Assembly: GCA_963836185.1 (NCBI GenBank)
Contig: CAWIIQ010000001.1
Coordinates: 1,152,001 to 1,216,000, forward strand
Reading direction: 5' to 3'
From: Candidatus Krumholzibacteriia bacterium
Lineage (GTDB): Bacteria > Krumholzibacteriota > Krumholzibacteriia > Krumholzibacteriales > Krumholzibacteriaceae
DNA length: 64,000 bases
Positions 29,201-37,669 of this stretch are shown here, in pieces. The position numbers were made by a program, and so were the translations under genes. Positions within the stretch are counted from its first letter, which is position 1; each line of letters starts with the position of its first letter. The notes under the pieces are model-generated. The model saw nothing but the letters and a program-made list of their open reading frames with translations, ran no database searches and was not told where the DNA came from.

Positions 29201-29665
29201 GAAGCTTATAATGACGGGATATATGAGGTAGGCGATCCCGGCGAATGTCGTATCGGCAAAGAATACGTTGAATACGAAGCCGATGAGCAGGATCACGACA
29301 TTGAGAAGAAGGAACATCGCCAAGATCCCGACCGTCTTGCCGATGACGTAATCTGTGTTCGTCATCGAGCGCATGTAGACGACCTCGGTCGTGTCGAGCT
29401 TCTTGTCACGCTTGAGGAAGTCGGAGGCGAGGAAGACCGCGATGATCGCCTGCGCCATGTTGAGCACCAGGATGTTCATGTAGGGTATCGTCGTCGGTAA
29501 CCCCTGGAAGCCCCAGGGAGCGTGGGTGACGTTTGAGAGGGTACCGAAGTCGTAGAAACCTATGCCCGCAACGGAGAGGATCGAAAAGATCCGAAAGAAC
29601 CAGCTCCTCCACAGTGTCTTCGCCTCGAATTTCGCCACTGTGAGGATGTTGTAGACAGATATCAT
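26285..29665 (-). CDS. ABC-2-type permease fused to an M1-aminopeptidase-like ectodomain lacking HEXXH and a C-terminal golvesin/xanthan-lyase-like beta-sandwich
   Basis: About 7 N-terminal TMs; FSLNPGLAV, WYP and YPFPRFSLVEVP M1-like segments; VVDNEDPGF...GWNYLGSY...VIADAVKW C-terminus. Confidence 0.78.
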   Translation of the reverse strand: MISVYNILTVAKFEAKTLWRSWFFRIFSILSVAGIGFYDFGTLSNVTHAPWGFQGLPTTIPYMNILVLNMAQAIIAVFLASDFLKRDKKLDTTEVVYMRSMTNTDYVIGKTVGILAMFLLLNVVILLIGFVFNVFFADTTFAGIAYLIYPVIISFPTLIFILGFAFLLMVTIRNQAVTFIVLLGYIGMTLFYLGPKIHNVYDYIGFNVPMTYSQFTGFADITHMLVQRSIYLLFGLSFIALTIVMIRRLPQSRVMTGFARIFGLACAALAIVLIVVYTGKDGTAEHQRERVLAAAETAAERPVATPLSCAIDLMHEGGLIDAAAKITVRNDTEAPLSAYIFSLNPGLAVTELTGSSGALKYERDEQVLTVLPQAPLAPGAEDSFEIRWRGVINEDALYTDIDIETLNSPNWTLLFNLGRRFSYIHPSCVLLTPETIWYPAAGPGFVASRPLDRRHDFIDFSLDVTTSSQLTAVSQGASTSGSPGNFSFRPEFPLPAISLVIADFERQTTVVDSTEYNIYCRRGNDYWSESFTEVGDTLESMIRDLRQTYENNLNLEYPFPRFSLVEVPVHFFIFHHAWSVSQENVQPEMVFIQERGITGRTTDFRRMKRRTERMNDRSNEDVSEVETQAGWLAAFVNGTLTGSFGQMDWGSDDPFGRTPSFNVFPNMLTFRNGIDSKEMPWLGMALESWYASRLEDNTSTWTRMRYGMTIEERVNDKLSKMSLRDIVLDPEYRKMSHYALKSKGSFLFRMMESAADREDIDALLAELFDKHKHGNVPGDELVSALSERLGIDLPSIAAGWYDDIAIPGFLMSSVEIYSFLDGEREKFQVRFSVTNSEDTDGLIQFTFQQMDLNVREGRGGRMRRMMTANMTMGEDYSKYVPIKAGETKELGFVLTFQPSKLSINTLVSRNLPVLLDIDLPKKLDEKKKAVPFDGERISDRPVSLVEQGETVVDNEDPGFTFSSGTSRSLLKRLIPRGEREEDVKYVGMRFWGGETNKWQPTIDSKFYGNQIRSAHFISAGKGDLKAAFTTDMKKSGHYDIYYHAAKITAPWRRHRGGDHEENYGKLHFLIYHDDGIEETELDLNGADDGWNYLGSYYISQGEAKIELTNESDAEKVIADAVKWVLR

Positions 29666-29717
29666 CTCGTCAGCCTTTCATCGGCGGGTGGGGTTAGACG
29701 GCCCGGCCGCTTGTATC

Positions 29718-30599
29718 TCAGTTTTCCGACTGGTTCTCCATGAAATATACGTAGGCATGCTCAAGGTTCGGCTCGACCTCTTCGCCCGGCCACCTGCCCG
29801 TGTTGTCGGCTACGACATGGACCTCCCAGCCGTCGTCGGCAGGAACAGTCGATATCACGGGGAATGTAGTCTTGATCTCTTCGAGTTCGGTGTCGAGCGC
29901 GCGGATCTTCCATGCCTTGCCGCGGGCCATGTCGACCAGCCCGTCCGGCGAGCCGCGGAAGACGACGCTGCCCCGGTCGAGCAGGGCCATGTTGTGGCAT
30001 GAGCTCGATATGTCGCCCACTATATGTGTAGAGAGGATTATCGCGATGTCCTTCTGGCCCATGTCGGCCAGCAGGTTCCTGAACCTGATACGCTCCTCGG
30101 GATCGAGGCCGGTTGTCGGCTCGTCGACGACTATGATCTTCGGATCGCCGATAAGCGCCTGGGCGATCCCTAGCCTGCGCTTCATCCCGCCGGAGAGCTT
30201 GTTGGCCAGCCTGTCACGCACGTCGTAGAGGCCGACCTGCTCGAGCATCTCGCCTACTTCCTTCGTCCTTTTCTTTTTGTCCTTGAGACCGGCAAGGCGC
30301 GCAACGTAGTCGAGGAACTCCCACGTCGTGAGCTTTGAGAAGAACCTGAATTCCTGGGGGAGGTATCCGAGCATCGATCTTATCTCGCGCCGGTTCCTCT
30401 GCAGGTCGAAATCGTTTACTCTTACGGTGCCGCCTGTCGGCTTCATCAGTGTGACCAGGATACGCATCAGGGTCGTCTTGCCCGCGCCATTCGGCCCGAG
30501 CAGGCCGAACATCCCGCTCCCTATATCGAGGTCCACACCAGACAGGGCAGTCGTACCGCCCTTGTAGGTCTTGCTCAGTCCTTCGACCGATATTTTCAT
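29718..30599 (-). CDS. ABC transporter ATP-binding protein
   Basis: GPNGAGKT, LSGGMKRR, VVDEPT and STH motifs; GGAGG RBS. Confidence 0.96.
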   Translation of the reverse strand: MKISVEGLSKTYKGGTTALSGVDLDIGSGMFGLLGPNGAGKTTLMRILVTLMKPTGGTVRVNDFDLQRNRREIRSMLGYLPQEFRFFSKLTTWEFLDYVARLAGLKDKKKRTKEVGEMLEQVGLYDVRDRLANKLSGGMKRRLGIAQALIGDPKIIVVDEPTTGLDPEERIRFRNLLADMGQKDIAIILSTHIVGDISSSCHNMALLDRGSVVFRGSPDGLVDMARGKAWKIRALDTELEEIKTTFPVISTVPADDGWEVHVVADNTGRWPGEEVEPNLEHAYVYFMENQSEN

Positions 30600-30631
30600 G
30601 CTCGCCCTCCCGGCATACTGGATATATCTCG

Positions 30632-30658
30632 TACGCCTATGGCCCGTATATAGTTTCA
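30632..30658 (-). promoter_or_regulatory. ECF-type promoter TGAAAC-N17-CGTA driving the RND/ABC operon
   Basis: Minus strand TGAAACtatatacgggccataggCGTA, 32 nt before the ATG; same boxes and spacing as 60748-60774. Confidence 0.7.
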
Positions 30659-30788
30659 GTCAATCATAAATATGAAACGGTTACAGGAATAATGCGCAAA
30701 GTGCTAAAAAATCGGCAAAATCTGCCGGATGTGCAGTTTAATGCATCGGTGCTGTGGCCTCAACATAAAAGGGGGCTTCAGGGGACCT

Positions 30789-33077
30789 TTATGAGTCGTT
30801 CGACGCTTTTATTCTGAGGAACAGGTCCATCGCGCGTGTCGCCCGGTCTATCTTCCTGAAGACGGGCACCCCTGCTCGTTCCATCATCTCCGCCGCCGGA
30901 TCGTAGATAGGGCCCTCGTTGAGGCAGACGACCATCGGCTTTCCCGTCGCCCTGAAGATCCGGATAATCGTGTTCGGGTGGGACGTCTCACGGTTTATGT
31001 CCTCCCTGTGCCCCGGGCCGGGAGGGAGGTTCTCCTGGAAGGGGGTAGAGGCGACGTTCGAGGCGATAAGGCAGTCGACTCCATCATCGGCGAGGACCGC
31101 TTCGAGGCACTGGCCGTACTTCTCCGTCGTGATCGCCGGGGTGGCGTCGATCGGGTTGTGGACATCGATGAACCCGGTGGGGAGGAGCTCGCCGAGCCGC
31201 TCGACAGTCTTATCGGAGAATCGCGCCAGTTCCATCGAGCTGAGCCTGTCGGCCGCCACTGAGCACTCGTACCCTGCATCGCTCGCTATCGCGACCCTGT
31301 GGCCCGGAGCTGCACGTCCTTCGAGGAGGGTGAGGACCTTCATCGCGTCCTCCATCTCCTCGAGCGAGTCGGCCACATGGACCCCGGCGTCGCGTATCAG
31401 CCTCTCGAGAACATCGTAGTCGCCCGCCATCGCTGCGGTGTGTGAGGCGACCGCTGCAGCACCCTCCGCCGTGCGCCCGGCCTTGTAGAGGATGATGCTC
31501 CTGCCGGAGGCTGTGATACTGGAAGCGAGCTCGAGGAAGCGTTCACCCTCCCATGCGCGAAAACCCTCTATGTATATACAGAACAACTTGATATCGGGGT
31601 CATTTGATACGTTTTCGAGGTGGTCCGTGATCGTCAGGTCTATCTGGTTGCCTACTGTGATCATGTAACGGGGAAGCAGGAATACGCTCTGCGTGTTGAG
31701 CAGGGTGACGAGCCAGGCGCCGCTCTGGCTGATGACCGCGCCGTTGCCGCCGAACTCTCCCGTAAGGGGGAACTTGTATTCGGGGAGGAAGAATGTGTTG
31801 TATCCGCCGGGGCCCGAGATGATCCCCATGCAGTTCGGGCCGTTGACTATCGTCCCACCGCCGGGAAGGTCGCGCCCGCAGAGAATCGCCTTCTTCAATT
31901 TCACCGAGAGTCCGCGGCCACCCTCGGTCTCGCCGAAGCCGCCCGAGATGAGGATCACCGACTCAGTCATCTCGCTGAAGATCAGGTCCTCGAGGAGCGC
32001 CTCAGATGCCTCACTCGCCGGGATCGTAAAGACGGTCGCGTCGACCTTGCCCGGCAGGTCGGCCGGCGACCTGAAGGCCCGGCACCCTTCGATCTCTTCG
32101 GCCTCTGGATGTATCAGGTAGATCTTCTCCCGGGGTATCTTCTCCGAGGCGGCGAGATTCTTCAGTATGACCCGGCCCATGTTTACTTTGTTCGCCGAGG
32201 CTCCGATCACGAGCATGCTCGCAGGACGCAGCAGCCTGTCGATCTTCTCTTGTGGCGCATCGTCCCTGCTTCCCTTGATCTTCGAGAGCTTCATCATCGC
32301 GTCGAGAGGGACGAGCCCTCCGCTGCCTGTTATCTGCAGCGGATTGACCTCGAGCTCTTCTATGGTGACGGGGGTCCAGCCTGACAGGGGCGAGAAATTC
32401 GCCGCGAGGGTGGCGAACCTGCGAACCGCATCGATGAAGGTCCCCGGCTCGAGCATCGGCTTCGAGGATACCCTCGTCTGCCCCGAGATCATCGGGAAGA
32501 ATGTCGTCCCGGCGAGCGCACCTTCGACGAACTCCCTGTCGGAGCACATCGAAGCGGCTATGACACGCAGCCCGCGGTCCTTTTTCAGCCCCGCGTTCCA
32601 GACCTCGGTCCCCGTTCCTCCCAGGCCGGCGGCGACGATGGGGCCGAAGGCCCTGTCCTGTCTGAGCGAGAGGAGGAGCTGCCTCGGGACCGAATCATCG
32701 ATATCGAGGCAGCGGGCCACGAGCATGCCGGAGAGCTCCACCCCGAGCTTTGCGGCGATTGCTTCGAAATCCGAGAAGACCGTCCGGAGCGTCCCGGCTG
32801 ATTTTTCCGTGAACTTGATTCCGTCGTGCTCGGTGCGGTGCACGACCTGGGGTGAGATGAACTTGCAGACGACCTTCTCACCGGGAAGGGAGGAGAGCGC
32901 CTGTTCGTCGATCTGGTCCGGCGATGTCAGGAAAACGGTCTCCGGCGTCTCGAATCCGAGCAGGTTGAGAACGGCGTAGACCTCGTCCTCACGGGGGATC
33001 TCCCTGCCGTCGTCGAGGATGCCGAGGAGAATCTCTTCGATCGCGGAAAGGACCAGCTGCCAGATCGAATTATCCAT
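30789..33077 (-). CDS. ADP-forming acyl-CoA synthetase, beta-alpha fusion
   Basis: N-terminal ATP-grasp (VVHRTE, FGPIV, LEVNPL), then CoA-binding domain (VIGAS, GPNCMG, ISQSG, ASHTAAMAG, HNPID). Confidence 0.9.
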   Translation of the reverse strand: MDNSIWQLVLSAIEEILLGILDDGREIPREDEVYAVLNLLGFETPETVFLTSPDQIDEQALSSLPGEKVVCKFISPQVVHRTEHDGIKFTEKSAGTLRTVFSDFEAIAAKLGVELSGMLVARCLDIDDSVPRQLLLSLRQDRAFGPIVAAGLGGTGTEVWNAGLKKDRGLRVIAASMCSDREFVEGALAGTTFFPMISGQTRVSSKPMLEPGTFIDAVRRFATLAANFSPLSGWTPVTIEELEVNPLQITGSGGLVPLDAMMKLSKIKGSRDDAPQEKIDRLLRPASMLVIGASANKVNMGRVILKNLAASEKIPREKIYLIHPEAEEIEGCRAFRSPADLPGKVDATVFTIPASEASEALLEDLIFSEMTESVILISGGFGETEGGRGLSVKLKKAILCGRDLPGGGTIVNGPNCMGIISGPGGYNTFFLPEYKFPLTGEFGGNGAVISQSGAWLVTLLNTQSVFLLPRYMITVGNQIDLTITDHLENVSNDPDIKLFCIYIEGFRAWEGERFLELASSITASGRSIILYKAGRTAEGAAAVASHTAAMAGDYDVLERLIRDAGVHVADSLEEMEDAMKVLTLLEGRAAPGHRVAIASDAGYECSVAADRLSSMELARFSDKTVERLGELLPTGFIDVHNPIDATPAITTEKYGQCLEAVLADDGVDCLIASNVASTPFQENLPPGPGHREDINRETSHPNTIIRIFRATGKPMVVCLNEGPIYDPAAEMMERAGVPVFRKIDRATRAMDLFLRIKASNDS

Positions 33078-33246
33078 CTTTCTCCTCCGATGTCATATCG
33101 AGACAGAGCGCGCTTTTCTGCACGAGCCTTCTATACTTCTCGCACCACAGGGCTATGAATGTATGGCAGGCTCCATCGAGGGAATCCTTCTTAGGAAAAG
33201 ATGCGTGCCGGCAGTCGAGGTCGCACCAGCGAGGCTGTCGCGTCAT
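33070..33246 (-). CDS. Small Cys-rich protein (58 aa), absent from ORF track
   Basis: MTRQPRWCDLDCRHASFPKKDSLDGACHTFIALWCEKYRRLVQKSALCLDMTSEEKDG*; AAAGG upstream; its end overlaps the synthetase start. Confidence 0.72.
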   Translation of the reverse strand: MTRQPRWCDLDCRHASFPKKDSLDGACHTFIALWCEKYRRLVQKSALCLDMTSEEKDG

Positions 33247-33343
33247 CCTGTGCCTTTCGATTAATTAAACGTGGAACATTATATGCGAAGGCAATATTCT
33301 TGTCGAACATTATCACCGGACGGCCATGGCCGGGGGAGCTGCG

Positions 33344-35002
33344 ATGACGGACAGACTGTCTATCGAAAAAGAGATCAGGGCCCAGAGGTCGGTTACGAGG
33401 ACTCTGAAGAAGGAGATCTTCGGCCTCGACAAGACCTCGAAGTCTTCGTATATCCGCGAGTTCCATTCAGGACTTTCCACTTACAGGAAGATCTGCTCGA
33501 AAGAAGAGGTCCTCGAAAGGGCCGCTGGCAGCGATATCGTATATTTCGGCGACTACCATCCTCTCGATGCGAGCCAGGAACTGGCGCTCGATCTGCTCGG
33601 CGAGCTGAAAGCGAGAGGTACGAAGGTCGTACTTGCGCTCGAGATGCTTTACGAGTACCAGCAGGAGACACTCGACAGGTGGATGAAGGGCAGTCTCGAT
33701 GAGAAGAAATTTCTCGAGGCGATAGATTACGGGTCGGAGTGGGGGTTCAGCTGGGAGAGTTACAGGCGTTTCTTCGATTCGGCGAAAAAACCGTTCGTGC
33801 CTGTCTTCGGAATCGACTACGAGCCCCGCGACCAGCTTCGCTTCATCCGCCGCAGGGACAGGATGATAGCGCGCAAGATCGCATCCCTGAGGAACTTCTT
33901 CCCCGGACATACGATCCTCGTCGTGATAGGCGAATCACATATCGCTCCTGGCCACCTGCCCGAGGATGTCAGAAAGCTTGTCGGGGGGCGCCTGAAGGAG
34001 ACGACGATCGTCCAGAATGCCGACGAGATCTACTGGAAACTCCTGCGCAAAGGGAGGCAGGATGCCGAGGCGGTGCAGGTAGGCGCGGGGAGGTATTGCG
34101 TCTTCACGGCATCGCCGATGATAAAGTACCAGTCTTACCGCCGCGTGATCGACCTCTGGACCGAGGGCGCCGACTGCGACATCCATACTCCGACGATGGG
34201 GGAGATGTTCGACAACATCCTCAATTTCATAGCGGGAGGGAGGGGATGTCTCGAAGTGACCGCCGGCGAGGACTGGTGCGAGCCTGTCGAGTCGGTCGTC
34301 CCCGAGATCCATTGCGGATCGACGTATAAGTCGATCTCGGCACGCCTTCGCGCCCTCGGCATGTCGCAGAAGGGCGTCCTGGCGGCGGCGGAGAACCTCC
34401 GCCGCTCCGGCATGTGCTACATCCCCGCGGTCAATTCGCTTCAGGTCCAGCGGTTCGACCTCGTATGCGCCGCGCGAGAGGCGGCGAGGTTCATCCTTTA
34501 CGCCATGCGCGACGAGATAGGGCCGGAGCGAAGGATCAGGCGGACGATGGAGGACCGGTTCTATGCCTTCGTATTCGAGGAGGCGCTCTGCACCTTTGGC
34601 GCGAGACTGGTGAATCCAGTGATAAAATGCGGCGGGCCTGGAGAGCTCTTCGGCCTGATGCGGGAGAACGGCTCGGTCACCGGGCCGCTCCCCGGTATGA
34701 CCCTTGCCGAGACGAGAGAAACGGCAGGGATGCTGAGGTATCATGCCGCCCGTGAGAAGACAGGAGCCAGCATGTCGACCGGGAAGATGAAACGCATCCA
34801 CAGGCTCGGCATCAGGAAGAGGCTGTGGATAATAAAAGCTCTCGGCTGGACACTCGGAGACTCTCTGTACACCGGTTTCCACGACGGGAAGGTCTCTCTC
34901 GAGGAGCTCAAGGGGCTCTTCCGCGAGAGGTTCGAAGAGGATGGCGTGGCAGTGCCCCTCTACCTCGAATGGGTAGGCAGGCTGGGCCCCTGGCGCGGCT
35001 GA
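33344..35002 (+). CDS. ChaN-like (EreA/ChaN fold) protein with C-terminal extension
   Basis: DIVYFGDYH, LALEM, RDRMIA and VVIGESH motifs; no signal peptide. Confidence 0.7.
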   Translation: MTDRLSIEKEIRAQRSVTRTLKKEIFGLDKTSKSSYIREFHSGLSTYRKICSKEEVLERAAGSDIVYFGDYHPLDASQELALDLLGELKARGTKVVLALEMLYEYQQETLDRWMKGSLDEKKFLEAIDYGSEWGFSWESYRRFFDSAKKPFVPVFGIDYEPRDQLRFIRRRDRMIARKIASLRNFFPGHTILVVIGESHIAPGHLPEDVRKLVGGRLKETTIVQNADEIYWKLLRKGRQDAEAVQVGAGRYCVFTASPMIKYQSYRRVIDLWTEGADCDIHTPTMGEMFDNILNFIAGGRGCLEVTAGEDWCEPVESVVPEIHCGSTYKSISARLRALGMSQKGVLAAAENLRRSGMCYIPAVNSLQVQRFDLVCAAREAARFILYAMRDEIGPERRIRRTMEDRFYAFVFEEALCTFGARLVNPVIKCGGPGELFGLMRENGSVTGPLPGMTLAETRETAGMLRYHAAREKTGASMSTGKMKRIHRLGIRKRLWIIKALGWTLGDSLYTGFHDGKVSLEELKGLFRERFEEDGVAVPLYLEWVGRLGPWRG

Positions 35003-35134
35003 TACTCCGTGAATCTCCTTTTTTCCTTTGAATTCCAACCGGTTTAGCGGCAGAATCACCGGGATGCGGTTTTGCAGACGCAATCACCGGGCTTCACAGG
35101 CGCACGGCGCCGATACAGGACAGGAGCGCCCGAA

Positions 35135-35497
35135 ATGAACGACGCTAGGGATATCGTAGATCAGACAGTGCTGATCAAGCTGACGAGCTGCGAAGGGATC
35201 GAGTTCACGGGGATCGAGGGCGAAGGCCCCTTCTTCTGCAAGGTCAAGGCGGTCGACGAGGCGGGGATCTGGGTGGAGAACAGGAAGTTCACGACCGTCG
35301 AGCTGCGGGACTCGAGCGGGAGATCGGTGCCTGAGAAGAAGAGGAAGCCGCAGAAGCACACGGTCAATATCCTTTTGCCCTGGAGGACGATACAGACGGT
35401 AATAATGTTCGAGGACGAGGATATCGAGAATCTCGATATCGACGACGAGGCGCTCGGCTCGGACGAGCAGGCGGGAAGGATAGGTTTCATAAAGTAG
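35135..35497 (+). CDS. Hypothetical protein (small beta-rich domain, acidic tail ending IGFIK)
   Basis: AGGAG RBS; plausible codon usage; first gene of the ktr cluster. Confidence 0.7.
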   Translation: MNDARDIVDQTVLIKLTSCEGIEFTGIEGEGPFFCKVKAVDEAGIWVENRKFTTVELRDSSGRSVPEKKRKPQKHTVNILLPWRTIQTVIMFEDEDIENLDIDDEALGSDEQAGRIGFIK

Positions 35498-35499
35498 TC

Positions 35500-36895
35500 A
35501 TGTACGACGTTAAAAGGAACAGTCTAAGGAGAAGGATCAAGAGGAAGATCCAGCGGATGCCTCCCGGCCTCGTCGTGGCTTTGAGTTTCATCCTTACTGC
35601 GGTCATCGGAGCGGTCCTTCTTATGCTCCCCGTCGCTTCTTCCAGTGAGCCTGTGAACGGCCTCGATGCATTCTTTACCGCTGTTTCAGCCGTCTGTGTC
35701 ACAGGGCTTGCCGTGATCGATATAGGAACGAAACTGACACTCTTCGGGAAGATAGTCGTTCTGACGCTTATTCAGGTAGGCGGGCTCGGTATCATGACCT
35801 TCTCCGTCTTCCTCTTCCTCTTCATAGGCAAGAGCCTTGGAACGAAGGAGAGATGGATCATCAACGAGTCGTTTCTGCCGACCCCTATCGTCGATATAAA
35901 ACAGCTGATAAAAATGATATTCGCCTTCACCTTCACGGTGGAGGCTGTTGGAGCGATTTTGCTATTCTTCGTCTGGAGAAGAGAGATGCCGCTGCGAGCC
36001 GGCTATCTTTTCGAGTGTTTTTCACGCCGTCTCATCTTTCTGCAACGCCGGATTCTCTTTCTTTTCCACGAGTTTCATGCAGTATCAGGGAAACATCCTT
36101 CTCAATGTCACGGTGATGAGCTTGATAATACTCGGCGGGCTGGGATTTCCCGTTGTCCACGAGTTCCTGTGGAGGTTCAATCACAGGAAGGACCACAGGC
36201 GCTACCATTTCTCTCTCCACACGAAACTGGTGCTGTGGACTACCGCCGTTCTCATAATAGGCGGTGCGCTTCTGATATTCTTTATAGAGAGAGGGCCCGA
36301 ATGGGAGGTCCTTTCATTTAAGAACAGAGCGCTCGTCTCTCTCTTCCAGTCGGTGACAGCCAGGACCGCCGGTTTCAACACGGTCGAGATCTCCAAGCTC
36401 GAGCCCGCTACGCTCTTTATAATCATCATGCTGATGTTCATCGGAGCGAGCCCCGGTTCTACAGGGGGAGGGATAAAGACGACGACTCTGGCGATATTCG
36501 CTTCGATTATCAGGAGCCGGGTCTCTGGCCGCCAGTCGGTGGGTGTGTTCAGGTTCACGATTCCGGAAGACAAGATCGGGAAGGCGCTCTCCGTCCTCGC
36601 GATGGCGGTCGTCACCGTATCCGTGGGATTGATCCTGCTTCTTGTCTTCCACATGGATATCGCGCACGTGACGGCCAACTTTTTCCTGTCGGCGCTGTTT
36701 GAGACTGTATCGGCTTTCGCTACGGTCGGTCTCTCTATGGGAGTGACGGCGTCGCTTAATCCGGCTGGAAAGATAGTTGTGATCATATTGATGTTCCTCG
36801 GAAGGGTCGGCCTGTTGACAATGGCCTATGTCGTCACCAGCAGGCTGCGGCCGATAACTTACAGGTACGCTGATGGAAGAATCATGATAGGATGA
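35500..36895 (+). CDS. ktrB: TrkH/KtrB potassium uptake membrane protein, frameshift at ~35993
   Basis: SAVCVTGL, IQVGGLG, SSFCNAGF, TARTAGF, GASPGSTGGGIK and SAFATVGLS across ORFs 35500-36321 and 35948-36895. Confidence 0.9.
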
Positions 36896-36926
36896 TGACG
36901 CGTCCGCGGAGTGAAAGGACACATGA

Positions 36927-37592
36927 ATGGCAAAGAGATTCACAGTGCTGGGACTTGGGAGCTTCGGATTCAGCGTGGCGCAGACGCTGTTCGAGGAGGG
37001 ACATGATGTCATCGCCCTCGACATGGACAACGACCTTGCCCAGAAGATAAGGCCGTTCTGCTCTCAGGCAATAATAGGCGACGCTACACAGAAGGAGATG
37101 CTCGCGACACTTGGTCTCGATGAGATGGATGCCGTAGTGGTCAGCATGGGAGATAATGCGAGCGCCGCGACTCTCGTCACTCTGTATGTCAAGGAACTGG
37201 AGGCCAAGCGGATAGTTGTGAAGGCGTCAGATGCAGATCACGGCAAGATATTGAGAAAAGTGGGCGCCACGCAGGTCATCTTTCCCGAGATGGATATGGC
37301 GGTAAAGGTGGCGAAGAATCTCTCGACTCCCGATGTGCTTGACTTCTTTCCGATGACCGGCAAATACATAATAGCGGAGATAGCGCCTGTACAGGAATTT
37401 GTTGGGAAGACGCTTGCCGAGCTGAAGCTGAGGTCACAGTATAATGTGAACGTCATAGGCATCAAGGAACTGGTACCGGAAAACTTCATCGTAGTTCCAC
37501 CGGCGGATTTCATTATAAAGGACAGCGATGTCCTGCTCGTTATCGGAACACGCGACGATATTAAGAAAATTAAAGCGCTCAACAAGGAATGA
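36927..37592 (+). CDS. ktrA: TrkA/KtrA regulatory subunit
   Basis: GLGSFG Rossmann motif, VIFPE, RCK_C domain. Confidence 0.93.
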   Translation: MAKRFTVLGLGSFGFSVAQTLFEEGHDVIALDMDNDLAQKIRPFCSQAIIGDATQKEMLATLGLDEMDAVVVSMGDNASAATLVTLYVKELEAKRIVVKASDADHGKILRKVGATQVIFPEMDMAVKVAKNLSTPDVLDFFPMTGKYIIAEIAPVQEFVGKTLAELKLRSQYNVNVIGIKELVPENFIVVPPADFIIKDSDVLLVIGTRDDIKKIKALNKE

Positions 37593-37669
37593 TCGCGAGG
37601 AGGTCGGTTACGAAGAAGAATGCATGAAATGTCATTTTGCTGGCTTCAACGTCCGTTAATGGAGGAGAT

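Noticed and set aside
15900-33000. Long plus-strand ORFs (e.g. 19143-20654, 21797-22951)
   Set aside because: Antisense to well-supported transporter genes, with no motifs or RBS.
37625-37653. TGAAAT...CGTC upstream of the OMP gene as an ECF promoter
   Set aside because: The 19-nt spacing and two mismatches are too weak.
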